From an uncultured Candidatus Binatia bacterium (GTDB lineage Bacteria > Desulfobacterota > Binatia > UBA9968 > JAJDTQ01): a stretch of DNA of 64,000 nt. The first letter of the stretch is position 1. Each line of letters begins with the position of its first letter. Below are positions 28,238 to 37,867 of the stretch, in pieces. The notes under the pieces are model-generated. The model made no database searches and was not told where the DNA came from. It saw only the letters and a list, made by a program, of their open reading frames with translations. Made by a program: the position numbers and the translations under genes. The DNA lies in assembly GCA_964291295.2 (NCBI GenBank), contig OZ219754.1:2464001-2528000 (forward strand), read 5' to 3'.

Positions 28238-28984
28238 ATGAATCCGCGGGAAACCATCGACCGGGTGTTCGCCGGCCGTGTCGCCGTCATACAGCCGAGC
28301 GCGGGCTTCCGCTTCGCACTGGACTCGCTGCTGTTGGCACGCTTTCCCGACCTTCGGGGAGGGGAGCGTGTCGTCGACCTGGGAGCCGGCAACGGGGTTG
28401 TCGCCCTCTCCCTCGCCGTGCTGAACGGCGGGGTGGAGGTGCTCGGGGTGGAGTTGCAGGAAGCCATGGTCGAAAGGGCTGAACGGGGCTCGGTGCTGAA
28501 CCGCGTCGAGAGCCGGATGCGCACGGTCCGTGGCGATGTGCGGGAAGTGCCGGGGAAGTTTCCCGCCGCGGGATTCGACGTCGCCGTGTGCAACCCGCCC
28601 TACCGGGCACCCGGCAGTGGCCGGGTCAACCCCGACCCTGAGCGGCTGCGGGCACGGCACGAGGTGGAAGGGAAACTGGCGGACTTCGTCCGCGCGGGAG
28701 CGCACCTGCTCCGGCACCGGGGCCGGATGTGTCTGGTGTACCCGTCGGAACGGACGGTGGACCTGTGGTCCGCCATGCGGCGACACCACCTTGAGCCCAG
28801 GCGGGCGCGGTTCGTTCATTCCTTTGCCGGTGCGGCGTCGTCGCTGGTGCTGGTGGAGGGAGTCAAGGGAGCGCGGACGGGCCTCACCGTGCAGCCGCCG
28901 CTGGTCATCTACCAGGGCGAGGACCAGTACACCGAAGAGATGGCCGGGCTGCTGGAGCCGGGCCGCCAGGGCCGGGGTGTCTAG
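28238..28984 (+). CDS. tRNA1(Val) A37 N6-methyltransferase family (TrmN6/YfiC-like)
   Basis: GFRFALDSLLLA, DLGAGNG, CNPPY, ARHE. Confidence 0.85.
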   Translation: MNPRETIDRVFAGRVAVIQPSAGFRFALDSLLLARFPDLRGGERVVDLGAGNGVVALSLAVLNGGVEVLGVELQEAMVERAERGSVLNRVESRMRTVRGDVREVPGKFPAAGFDVAVCNPPYRAPGSGRVNPDPERLRARHEVEGKLADFVRAGAHLLRHRGRMCLVYPSERTVDLWSAMRRHHLEPRRARFVHSFAGAASSLVLVEGVKGARTGLTVQPPLVIYQGEDQYTEEMAGLLEPGRQGRGV

Positions 28985-29418
28985 CGCCGTGTCCTCAGCT
29001 GGTTCAGCAGCAGTTGTCTCAGGGAGTTCCGCAGTTCGAGATCCTCAAGGTGGCTCAACTCCCGTTCCGGCAGCCGTGCCGTGTCCACCGCGGGGGGACG
29101 GCTCACGGGCGCTTCCGGCGGCGCTTCGACGTGCACTTCGCCGACCACGAAGAAGATGTTCGTGACCACCCGGCGTTCCATCCGCTGGTTCAGCTTCGCC
29201 GCCATGATCTCCTTCATGTACTGGAGCTGCTGCATCCACGTGGCCGCCCGCACCTTCACGAAAAGGGTGCCGTTGCGGATCTTCTCGGGCTGGGCGTTGC
29301 GCGCCACCGCGGCGCCCACGGTGTCGTCCCATATCTGCCAGAGGGCGTAGTCGTCGAGTCTCTGCTGGATCGGCAGCCGCCGCACGGTGCGGTCGATGAT
29401 GTCGCCGAGTCGCTTCAT
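28981..29418 (-). CDS. DUF721/DciA family protein
   Basis: WDDTVG..VA..AQP..IRNGTLFVKV..TWMQQL. Confidence 0.82.
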   Translation of the reverse strand: MKRLGDIIDRTVRRLPIQQRLDDYALWQIWDDTVGAAVARNAQPEKIRNGTLFVKVRAATWMQQLQYMKEIMAAKLNQRMERRVVTNIFFVVGEVHVEAPPEAPVSRPPAVDTARLPERELSHLEDLELRNSLRQLLLNQLRTRR

Positions 29419-29507
29419 CCTGTCATGTGGCGGCTGGGTCCGGTCTGCGGGAGACGTGGAGCCGGGCTTTCCGGCGCGCGGGCGATGGCGTGCTCGGACG
29501 GGGGCGG

Positions 29508-29560
29508 ATTCGAGATGTTGTCCCTTGCGCTTGACAGGGCACAACATGTTGTGGGATAGT
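29508..29560 (+). promoter_or_regulatory. Tandem NrdR boxes overlapping a sigma70-like promoter of nrdJ
   Basis: Palindrome CACAACATGTTGTG at 29540-29553 and degenerate TTCGAGATGTTGTC at 29509-29522 (31-bp spacing). TTGACA at 29531 and GATAGT at 29555. Confidence 0.75.
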
Positions 29561-29582
29561 GGGCTTTTTCACCGGATACGGC

Positions 29583-29648
29583 TGACTCGAGCGCTGGGTT
29601 CAAGTGCTTGGTTTGAACGTTTGGCTCGAACAACTTGGCTCGAACAAC
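29583..29648. repeat. Degenerate 12-14 bp tandem array in nrdJ leader
   Basis: TTGGCTCGAACAAC x2 (29621, 29635), preceded by three degenerate copies. Confidence 0.7.
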
Positions 29649-29741
29649 GATCGACTCCCGTACGGCTGGATCCAGCGAACACCGATGCGGGCCGGACAAG
29701 AAGGTACAAGAGAACCGTCAACGGAACAAGCAGGGGGGTAC

Positions 29742-32480
29742 ATGTCTGCCATCACCACCACGGAGTCACGCGGCCAGCATGCCGGCGGGGACAGGAGCGA
29801 GGCCCGGGGCATTGGCGTCCGGCGTCATTTTACCAGGGCCGGAATCAGTCCATACGACGAGGTCGAGTGGGAGACTCGCTCGGCCACCATCCAGAACGAG
29901 AGTGGAAAGGTGGTGTTCGAGCAGAACAATGTGGAGGTCCCCAAGGCATGGTCGCAGATGGCGACCAACGTGGTTGCCTCGAAATACTTCCGCGGCCCGC
30001 TGGGAACACCCCGGCGGGAGCGCACGGTCCGGCAGCTCGTGAGCCGGGTGGTGGACACGGTCACGGGCTGGGGCCGGGCGGACGGCTACTTCGCCAGCGA
30101 CGATGACGCCCAGGCCTTTTCCGACGAACTCACCCATATCCTGGTGCACCAGAAGGCCTGCTTCAACAGCCCGGTCTGGTTCAACTGCGGCATCGAGGAA
30201 AGGCCCCAGTGCTCGGCCTGCTTCATCCTGTCAGTGGATGATACCATGGAGTCGATCCTCGACTGGTACCGGAAGGAGGGCGTGATCTTCAAGGGTGGCT
30301 CGGGTTCGGGCGTGAACCTCTCCCGGATCCGCTCGTCCAAGGAACAGTTGGGCGGCGGCGGCACCGCCTCGGGTCCGGTTTCCTTCATGCGGGCGGCCGA
30401 CGCCTCGGCGGGGGTCATCAAGTCCGGCGGCAAGACGCGGCGTGCCGCCAAGATGGTGATCCTGGACGCGGACCACCCCGATATCGTGGAGTTCATCAAC
30501 TGCAAGGTGGAGGAGGAGAAGAAGGCGTGGACCCTGATCGAGGCGGGGTACGACGCCAGCCTCGACGGTCCGGCGTACGGCAGCGTGTTCTTCCAGAACG
30601 CCAACAACTCGGTGCGGGTGCCCGACGAATTCATGGAGCGGGTGCTGGACGACGGCGCATGGAACACCCGCTTCGTCACCGATGGTCAGGTGTCCGAGAC
30701 CTTTCGCGCCCGGGACATTCTCAGGATGATCGCCGAGGCGACCCACCTGTGCGGCGACCCCGGCATGCAGTTCGACACCACCATCAACAATTGGCACACC
30801 TGTTCGAACACCGGCCGCATCAGCGGTTCCAATCCATGTTCGGAGTACATGCACCTGGACAACTCGGCCTGCAATCTGGCCTCCCTGAACCTGCTCAAGT
30901 TCCTGCGCGACGACGGGGTGTTCGACATCGAGTCATTCCGCCACACCGTGGGCATCATGGTTACCGCCCAGGACATCCTGGTGGACAACTCCTCCTATCC
31001 CACCGGGGAGATTACGCGGAATGCGCGCGACTTCCGCGAACTGGGGCTGGGATACGCCAACCTGGGGGCGCTGCTCATGTCCCTGGGGCTGCCCTACGAC
31101 TCTGATGCCGGAAGATCCTATGCCGCGGCCGTGACCGCGCTGCTCACCGGCGAGGGGTATCTTCAGTCGGCCCGTGTCGCGGACCGGATGGGCCCCTTCG
31201 GAGGCTACGAGGTCAACCGGGAACCCATGCTCAAGGTGCTCGACATGCACCGCAGCCACGCGCACCGGATCTCTCCGGCGCACGTGCCGCTGGAACTGCT
31301 TACCGCGGTGCGGGACGTGTGGGAAAAGGTGTGCGACGCGGGCCAGTGGCATGGGGTGCGCAACTCGCAGGTCTCGGTGCTGGCACCCACCGGCACCATC
31401 GCCTTCATGATGGACTGCGACACCACCGGGGTGGAGCCCGATATCGCTCTGGTCAAGTACAAGAGGCTCGTGGGCGGCGGCATGCTCACCATCGTGAACC
31501 ATACCGTCCCCCGTTCCCTGAAGCGGCTTGGATACGACGCGAAGCAGGTGCAGGATATCGTGGAGTACATCGACGAGCAGGGTACCATCGAGGGGGCACC
31601 GCACCTGGACGAAGAAGACCTGCCGGTGTTCGACTGCGCGTTCAAGCCCGCCAACGGCAGCCGCTCCATCCACTACATGGGGCACATCCGGATGATGGGC
31701 GCCACCCAGCCGTTCATCTCCGGTGCCATTTCCAAGACCATCAACATGCCGATGGATGCATCGGTGGATGAGATCGCCCGGGCGTATGTGGAAGCGTGGA
31801 AGCTGGGGGTCAAGGCGGTGGCCATCTACCGGGACGGCTCCAAGCGTACCCAGCCCCTGAGCACCGGCGGCAAGGCGGAGGTCCGGAACGAGGCGGCGGA
31901 CTCCCGGCCGCTGCGGAACAAGCTGCCGGATGAGCGCAAGTCCATCACCCACAAGTTCGACATCGCCGGGCACGAGGGCTACATCACCGCGGGCATGTAT
32001 GAGGATGGCCAGCCGGGCGAGATCTTCATCACCATGTCCAAGGAAGGCTCCACCATCTCGGGCCTCATGGATTCCTTCGCCACAGCCGTCTCCATGGCGA
32101 TGCAGTACGGCGTGCCGCTGCGGGTGCTGGTGGACAAGTTCAGCCACATGCGCTTCGAGCCCTCGGGCTTCACCCGGAACCCCGACATCCCCATGGCCAA
32201 GTCCATCATGGACTACATCTTCCGCTGGCTCGCCACCAAGTTCCTCGACGGCAAGGCCCAGACCGAAGTGGGGGTGGTGAATCGGGATGCGGACGAACTG
32301 GCCGAAGTGCCGGCGCCGGTGCCGAAACCGCTGGAGAAGTCCGGCGACGGATACGGCATGGCCGCCAAGGGCTTCTACCAGCAGGACGCCCCCTCCTGCT
32401 CCGACTGTGGCGCCATCATGGTCCGCAGCGGTGCCTGCTACAAGTGCATGAACTGCGGTTCGGTGAGCGGGTGCTCGTAG
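29742..32480 (+). CDS. nrdJ: Class II (B12-dependent) ribonucleotide reductase with TSCPD domain and C-terminal zinc ribbon
   Basis: FNSPVWFN, QCSACF, SNPCSEY, LGLGYANLG, APTGTI, SGAISKT, YRDGSK, CSDCG..CMNCG. Confidence 0.97.
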   Translation: MSAITTTESRGQHAGGDRSEARGIGVRRHFTRAGISPYDEVEWETRSATIQNESGKVVFEQNNVEVPKAWSQMATNVVASKYFRGPLGTPRRERTVRQLVSRVVDTVTGWGRADGYFASDDDAQAFSDELTHILVHQKACFNSPVWFNCGIEERPQCSACFILSVDDTMESILDWYRKEGVIFKGGSGSGVNLSRIRSSKEQLGGGGTASGPVSFMRAADASAGVIKSGGKTRRAAKMVILDADHPDIVEFINCKVEEEKKAWTLIEAGYDASLDGPAYGSVFFQNANNSVRVPDEFMERVLDDGAWNTRFVTDGQVSETFRARDILRMIAEATHLCGDPGMQFDTTINNWHTCSNTGRISGSNPCSEYMHLDNSACNLASLNLLKFLRDDGVFDIESFRHTVGIMVTAQDILVDNSSYPTGEITRNARDFRELGLGYANLGALLMSLGLPYDSDAGRSYAAAVTALLTGEGYLQSARVADRMGPFGGYEVNREPMLKVLDMHRSHAHRISPAHVPLELLTAVRDVWEKVCDAGQWHGVRNSQVSVLAPTGTIAFMMDCDTTGVEPDIALVKYKRLVGGGMLTIVNHTVPRSLKRLGYDAKQVQDIVEYIDEQGTIEGAPHLDEEDLPVFDCAFKPANGSRSIHYMGHIRMMGATQPFISGAISKTINMPMDASVDEIARAYVEAWKLGVKAVAIYRDGSKRTQPLSTGGKAEVRNEAADSRPLRNKLPDERKSITHKFDIAGHEGYITAGMYEDGQPGEIFITMSKEGSTISGLMDSFATAVSMAMQYGVPLRVLVDKFSHMRFEPSGFTRNPDIPMAKSIMDYIFRWLATKFLDGKAQTEVGVVNRDADELAEVPAPVPKPLEKSGDGYGMAAKGFYQQDAPSCSDCGAIMVRSGACYKCMNCGSVSGCS

Positions 32481-32547
32481 TCCTGCGGCGCGTGCCCTTC
32501 CGGGTCGCGCCCCTTCATGCCGGGGCCTTCCAGTCCGTGCCCTTGCC

Positions 32548-32567
32548 GGCCGCCCCGCGGGGCGGCC
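32548..32567. terminator. Perfect palindrome between convergent genes
   Basis: GGCCGCCCCGCGGGGCGGCC. Confidence 0.45.
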
Positions 32568-32689
32568 TTGGGTGGCCCTGTCCCGGGTCCGTTCCCCGCC
32601 GCCACGCTCCCTGAAACGGATGCGCACCCCTTGAGCCGGGTGGACTGTGATCCGGGCGCGGACCGGACAGGCAGTCCTCTTGGTTTCCT

Positions 32690-35119
32690 TCAACCCTTGG
32701 CGGCGTTGGCCGTCAGGACCAGCACCGGCCAGTCCTGCATCTCTTCCTCCGAACCGGCGGACTCGATATGGCGTCCCGTAAGCCACGGCTCCACCTGGTC
32801 ACGGTAGTGCGCGGACGCCGGGTTGCCGGCTTGGCCCGGAACGATGACGAAGCGGGAGCGGATGGGGTCGCTCAGGGTCACCAGCATCCGCACCGACGCG
32901 CCAACCGCCTGGTCGTAGGGGCGGGAGTGGCGGTAGTAGGCGTTGCTGACGGTGACGCCGTCGCCGCCGGCGGGGTAGGGGCCCAGCGAGAAGAACGGTG
33001 CCAGCCACCGGTTGTGTCCGAGGGCGTGCGCCAAGGTCAGGGTATGGAGTCGGCCCCAGGACCAGTGGGCGGGGTCCGGGCCCTGCCGCCGGGCGAGTTC
33101 GGTCCGGGTTTCCCGGAGACTGGCCGCCAGCACCTCCTTGCGGGTGGTGGTGCGGAACCATGCCGACCCCGGGTCGGTGAGGATGTCGTCCAGCGGCGTC
33201 ACCGGCTGGTTCAGGATCTCGGCGTAGCTCTCGAACAGCTCGTCGCCCAGGGCGGCGCCCCAGATGTTCCGCATGAGCCGGTGATAGAGGACATGGAAGA
33301 CCGCGGCGCCGGCGGACCGCGCGTGGCAGTCGTGCTCCCATTGTTCGAGGGTTTCCACGCAAGGTTGCAGGCACGGTTCTTCCCGCGCGATCTCGCGCAG
33401 CGCCGGCAGCAGGGCGTTCAGCAGCCGCTCGGCCTGAATCGACCGGGTGTCGAGCTGGAACCGGGCCATGGTCTCCATGTCCATGCGGTGCTCGCGCGTG
33501 AGCAGATGGCGGATGCGCTCGATGCGGTAGGGGGGCTCGAGCAGGTCGGACAGGTAGTAGGGGTAGCTCGGGTCCGCGATGCGGTTGTTGGCGTTGGCCA
33601 CCATGCCCTCGGGGGGGTTGTAGAGGCGCGGCATCTTGTCGAAGGGCAAGGTGCCGATCCAGTCATGAGCGGCATTCCACCCTTCCAGGGGCAGCCACGA
33701 GGGCTCCTGCCGCGCACGCATGGGAATCCTTCCCACCAGGGCATAGCCGATGTTGCCGCGGGTGTCGGCGTAGACGCAGTTGAGCGAGGGCGTGACGTGA
33801 CCTGCCATGCCGGACAGGAAACCGCTCCAGTCGCGTGCCCGGTTGATGTGGTCCAGCAGCCCCAGTTCGTTCCCCGGCGTGTGGGCGATCCACTGGAACG
33901 ACAGCACCTCCCGATCCGGAGTGCCGGGACCGGGGGATCGCGGCGGAAGGATGTCCGACAGCACCGGCCCGTGCCGGCTGTGCCGGAGCACGATTTCCAT
34001 CGGGCGGCCGCCGCGGACCGCGATGGTCTCGGCCCGGCTCTTGAACTCCGCCCAGCCGTCGGACGTGCGGTACAGCTCCGGCTTTTGGGGATGAAGCCGC
34101 TCCCGGTAGAGGTCTCCGTCATCGCACAGGGCGGCAACGAATCCCCAGGCCACGTCCCGGTTGTGTCCGACGTAGACGAAGGGAGAGCCTGGAAGCGACA
34201 CGCCCTGCACGTTCAGGGTGGGAGCCTTGCCGGAATCGGCGACGTGGCGCAGGCGATTGAGATACCAGGTGCCGGGCAGCGTCATCCGCAGATGCATGTC
34301 ATTGCACAGCAGCGCATGGTCCTCGCGCGAGTGCTCGGGTCCCACGGCCCAGCCGTTGCTGCCCTGGCCCCGGGGGATCCACGGATTCTCCGCGAAGCTG
34401 CCGTTGACAAAGCGCAGCAGCGCGGCGCCGTGGTCGCCGAGGACACGGGTGACGGCGGCGCCCCAGGATGGATAGCGCGGCATCAGGGAGCGGAGCTTCT
34501 CGGGGTCGTTGCGCAGACGTTCGTGGATTGCCAGAAAGGTGAGCCGCGTGACCAGGGCGGACGAGAGCATCAGCGCGAAGCCCTTGGCCAGGGTGAGGCA
34601 GTCCACGGGTTGCCACGGGGCGGGCTGGTGGCGCAGCAGCCGGAACTCCAGGGGCAGGCGGCGCTGGTGCCGGTCGATGCAGGCGTTGACGCCGGCGCAG
34701 TAGGCATCCACGGCCTGGGCGGACCGCTCCGACAGCAGCGGCAGGGAAAGCGCCGCCGTGTGCCGGATGGCGAGCAGCCGCATGAAGTGATCGACGCCGG
34801 TCATGCGGCCCGACGGCAGGTGGCGCGTGAACTCGCCGCGCGGCAGCTGCCGGTCGCCGAAAAGCTCGGCCAGCCGGCCGCTGAAGAAGCGCCGGTTGAG
34901 GTCCATCTGCCACAGCCGGTCCTGGGCGTGCAGGTACCCTTGGGCGAAGAACAGGTCGGCCTCGCCCCGGGCCGAAATATACGGTATGGCGAAGGGGTCC
35001 CAGCGGATGCGGACATCCCGGGCGAGTCCGGGAAGATGAACGGAGCCCTGGCGCCGGGGCAGGTTCCTGCGCGCGGCGAAACGCAGCAGCGGTGTCAGCA
35101 GCGATGCCAGGAAGTTCAT
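32690..35119 (-). CDS. Penicillin acylase family Ntn-hydrolase (peptidase S45)
   Basis: AQGYLHAQDRLWQMD, nucleophile context GSNGWAV, NDMHL, YADTRGNIGY, ANANN, PGQAGNP..HYRDQ. Confidence 0.92.
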   Translation of the reverse strand: MNFLASLLTPLLRFAARRNLPRRQGSVHLPGLARDVRIRWDPFAIPYISARGEADLFFAQGYLHAQDRLWQMDLNRRFFSGRLAELFGDRQLPRGEFTRHLPSGRMTGVDHFMRLLAIRHTAALSLPLLSERSAQAVDAYCAGVNACIDRHQRRLPLEFRLLRHQPAPWQPVDCLTLAKGFALMLSSALVTRLTFLAIHERLRNDPEKLRSLMPRYPSWGAAVTRVLGDHGAALLRFVNGSFAENPWIPRGQGSNGWAVGPEHSREDHALLCNDMHLRMTLPGTWYLNRLRHVADSGKAPTLNVQGVSLPGSPFVYVGHNRDVAWGFVAALCDDGDLYRERLHPQKPELYRTSDGWAEFKSRAETIAVRGGRPMEIVLRHSRHGPVLSDILPPRSPGPGTPDREVLSFQWIAHTPGNELGLLDHINRARDWSGFLSGMAGHVTPSLNCVYADTRGNIGYALVGRIPMRARQEPSWLPLEGWNAAHDWIGTLPFDKMPRLYNPPEGMVANANNRIADPSYPYYLSDLLEPPYRIERIRHLLTREHRMDMETMARFQLDTRSIQAERLLNALLPALREIAREEPCLQPCVETLEQWEHDCHARSAGAAVFHVLYHRLMRNIWGAALGDELFESYAEILNQPVTPLDDILTDPGSAWFRTTTRKEVLAASLRETRTELARRQGPDPAHWSWGRLHTLTLAHALGHNRWLAPFFSLGPYPAGGDGVTVSNAYYRHSRPYDQAVGASVRMLVTLSDPIRSRFVIVPGQAGNPASAHYRDQVEPWLTGRHIESAGSEEEMQDWPVLVLTANAAKG

Positions 35120-35618
35120 GGAACGGCGTGTGAAACGGAATGCCACATGGGGAAATGCCACATGGGCCGGAGCCGTGTCCAGCGCCGGCGGCTTGGGCTT
35201 TGTCCCGCTGGCCCCGGGCACGGTGGCCAGCGCGGCGGCGGTGCTGGTCTATGGGTTGATCGGGCCGTTCCAGCAGTTCGCGGTGCTGGCGCCGGTCACC
35301 GTGGCAGCGTTCGTTCTGGGCGGGTTGAGCGTGGGCGTCGTGCTGCGGCGCGACGGTGGCGCCAAGGACCCCTCCCACGTGGTGTGCGACGAGGTGGTGG
35401 GGCAGTGGGTCGCGCTCCTGAGCCTCGGGTACGCGGGCCGATGGGAACTCATGCTGCTGGCATTTCCGCTGTTCCGTCTCTTCGACATCTGGAAGCCTCC
35501 GCCGGTGTCGTTCTTCGACCGCCGTCCCGGGCCCTGGAATGTCATGATGGATGACGTTGCCGCCGGCATCGGCGCCAACCTGGTCAGCCACCTTTGCCTC
35601 TTCCTCGTGTCGGGTTGA
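35118..35618 (+). CDS. pgpA: Phosphatidylglycerophosphatase A
   Basis: APGTVAS, KDPSHVVCDEVVG, FRLFDIWKP, MMDDVAAG. Start uncertain. Confidence 0.92.
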   Translation: MERRVKRNATWGNATWAGAVSSAGGLGFVPLAPGTVASAAAVLVYGLIGPFQQFAVLAPVTVAAFVLGGLSVGVVLRRDGGAKDPSHVVCDEVVGQWVALLSLGYAGRWELMLLAFPLFRLFDIWKPPPVSFFDRRPGPWNVMMDDVAAGIGANLVSHLCLFLVSG

Positions 35619-35666
35619 GGATGGGGTGAACCGGGACCGTGCGTCCGGTTCGCCCGGGGGCGTCGG

Positions 35667-36584
35667 TCAGGCGCCCAGTTTCAGCAGGCGTACCGCGTTG
35701 TCGCCGAGGATCTTCCGCTTGTCCGAATCCGGCAGCCGGACGTCCCGCACCGCGTCCACCGAGCGTTCGAGGGGAATCGGCACCGGCGGGAAATCGCTGC
35801 CGAACAGCACGTGGTCCGCGCCCGCGGTTTCCACGGCGCACGTCACGGCCGGAGCGTGGAGGCTCACGGTGTCGTAGTAGAGCTGCCCGATGTAGGTGCT
35901 CGGCGCGCGCGGCAGCACGTCGGGCTCCCAGGGACCGAAGCTGTCGTCCTTGCGCAACGCGTAACCGAAGTCCAGCCGTCCGGGAAGCATCGGCAGGGCC
36001 CCGCCCACGTGGGAGCTGATCATCACCAGGTCGGGGAACCGCTCGAAGCCGCCCGTGAGGATGAAGCGCGCCAGCGAGAGGGTGGTGTCGAAGGGCCGTC
36101 CCACCATCTCGGGGAGCCGGAAGATCTCCATCCGCTCCGCACCAATGGTCACCCGGGGCGGATGAACGAACAGCGGCACGTCGAGGTCGGTGACCAGTTC
36201 GAAGAAGGGCAGGGCGTTGGGCGAGTCCAGATACTCGCCGGCGACGCTCGAGTTGATCATGATTCCCTTGAGACCGTATTCGCGTACGGCACGCTCGGTC
36301 TCCTTGAGGTGGCGGTCCCGGCCAAAGGGGACCGCGCACGCCAGCCCCAGCAGATGGTCGGGATGACGTGCGGTGGTCTCCGCCGCGAAAGCGTTGAACT
36401 CCGTCACGATGTCGAAGGCGTCCTTGTCCGCGGGCGTGCGGATCCAGTTGTTGCCGAAGACCGTCAGGTCGACTCCTGCCCGTTGCTGCTCGTCCAGCAA
36501 GCGCGGAATGTCGAAGATGGCGGGCGGCGACTTGGGATGGTACCAGCCTTGGGGCACCAGATGGGCGTGGCAATCGATGATCAT
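35667..36584 (-). CDS. Amidohydrolase_2 family (ACMSD-like decarboxylase/hydratase)
   Basis: IDCHAH, FVHP, SHVGG.LP, YYDT, LFGSDFP, NAVRL. Confidence 0.88.
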   Translation of the reverse strand: MIIDCHAHLVPQGWYHPKSPPAIFDIPRLLDEQQRAGVDLTVFGNNWIRTPADKDAFDIVTEFNAFAAETTARHPDHLLGLACAVPFGRDRHLKETERAVREYGLKGIMINSSVAGEYLDSPNALPFFELVTDLDVPLFVHPPRVTIGAERMEIFRLPEMVGRPFDTTLSLARFILTGGFERFPDLVMISSHVGGALPMLPGRLDFGYALRKDDSFGPWEPDVLPRAPSTYIGQLYYDTVSLHAPAVTCAVETAGADHVLFGSDFPPVPIPLERSVDAVRDVRLPDSDKRKILGDNAVRLLKLGA

Positions 36585-36698
36585 GGCACGTGACTAATTT
36601 ATCCGTTCGGAAGTTTCAAGGCTTCGGGCAGATGACACTTGACCGCCCGGAGCGGCGCTGTTGACAAGGGCCGCCCTGGCGGCACCGGGAGACCTCCC

Positions 36699-37697
36699 AT
36701 GAAACTCGACATTGAATTCAATTCCGGCGCCCAGCTTCCCATGGGCGCCATTCCCGATTTGGCCAGGGCGGCGGAAGACAGCGGGTTCGACTGCGCCTGG
36801 GGAGGGGAGGCCAACAACAAGGATCCCACCGTGATGCTGGCGGCGGCGGCGGCGGTGACCCGTCGGCTTGAGCTGGGCACGGCGGTCTGCCATATGCTCG
36901 GGCGGACTCCGGTGAGCATGGCGCTTCATGCGGCCGGGCTCGATGAACTGTCGGGCGGGCGCTTCCGGTTCGGCCTCGGCATCTCCAATCCCACCATCGC
37001 GGGTTGGCACGGGGTGGCGTTCGATCATCCGCTGGAGCGCATCCGGGAGTATCTGGAGATCGTCGAGAGCGCTCTCCGGGGTGACAAGCTGGACTTCGAG
37101 GGCAGGTTCTACCATGCTCGGGGTTTCAAGCTGGCGTTCAAGCCCTCGGAGCATCGCATCCCGGTCTACCTGGCGGCCTTCGGGCCGCGGATGAGCCGTC
37201 TGGCCGGCCGTTCCAGCGGCGGCGTACTGATCAACATGGCCAATCCGGGGGAGATTCGCCGGATCGTCGAGAACGTCCGGGAGGGGGCCCGCTCGGCCGG
37301 CAAGGATCCCGACGCGCTGGAGATCATATGCAAGCTGCGGTGCTGCGTGGCCCGGGACAGAGCGGCGGCGCGCCAGGCGTTGGGGCGCGTCCTGACCTAC
37401 TACGCCCTGGCCGACTACTATCGCGATCTGCTGGGCCGCATGGGGTTCGGCGAGGAGGTGGCGGCGATCCGTGACGCCTGGCGTGCGGCGGGTTTCCGCG
37501 CCGCCGCCGGGCGGGTCACGGACCGGCTGCTGGACGGGTTGCCGCTGGTGGCAGGCGAGTCGGTGGCGGAAGTCCTCGAGCAGGTGAAGGCCTACGGCGA
37601 TGCCGGCGCCACCCGCGTGATCCTGCCGTATGTCCCGTGCACGGAAGACGTGGCGGCGGAGGTCCGGGAGTTCATCCGCGCTTTCGGGCGCCGCTGA
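36699..37697 (+). CDS. LLM-class flavin/F420-dependent oxidoreductase
   Basis: AEDSGFD, LDELSGGRFRFGLG, PVYLAAFGPRM. Confidence 0.87.
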   Translation: MKLDIEFNSGAQLPMGAIPDLARAAEDSGFDCAWGGEANNKDPTVMLAAAAAVTRRLELGTAVCHMLGRTPVSMALHAAGLDELSGGRFRFGLGISNPTIAGWHGVAFDHPLERIREYLEIVESALRGDKLDFEGRFYHARGFKLAFKPSEHRIPVYLAAFGPRMSRLAGRSSGGVLINMANPGEIRRIVENVREGARSAGKDPDALEIICKLRCCVARDRAAARQALGRVLTYYALADYYRDLLGRMGFGEEVAAIRDAWRAAGFRAAAGRVTDRLLDGLPLVAGESVAEVLEQVKAYGDAGATRVILPYVPCTEDVAAEVREFIRAFGRR

Positions 37698-37782
37698 GGC
37701 CAAGGACCGGAAGAGGGACGCGGGCGTATTGACTGTCCCTCCTGGTCTGTTTCAATGTATTCGAGACGAAGCTTGAGGGAGT

Positions 37783-37822
37783 CCTTGATGGACCTTGATG
37801 GACTTCGATGAACCTTGAGAGT
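37783..37822. repeat. Four 10-bp phased direct repeats
   Basis: CCTTGATGGA CCTTGATGGA CTTCGATGAA CCTTGAGAGT. Confidence 0.7.
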
Positions 37823-37867
37823 TCCTCAACCTCGAACGAACCGGACCATGCGACAAGGAGAAGCTTC

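Noticed and set aside
29583-29648. Possible CRISPR array (also considered at 37783 and 28028)
   Set aside because: Units are 10-16 bp and contiguous, with no unique spacers and no cas genes.
29560-29741. Cobalamin riboswitch upstream of nrdJ
   Set aside because: No recognisable B12-box or conserved core; NrdR boxes explain the regulation.
32768-35554. 928-aa plus-strand ORF
   Set aside because: Antisense shadow of the acylase gene.
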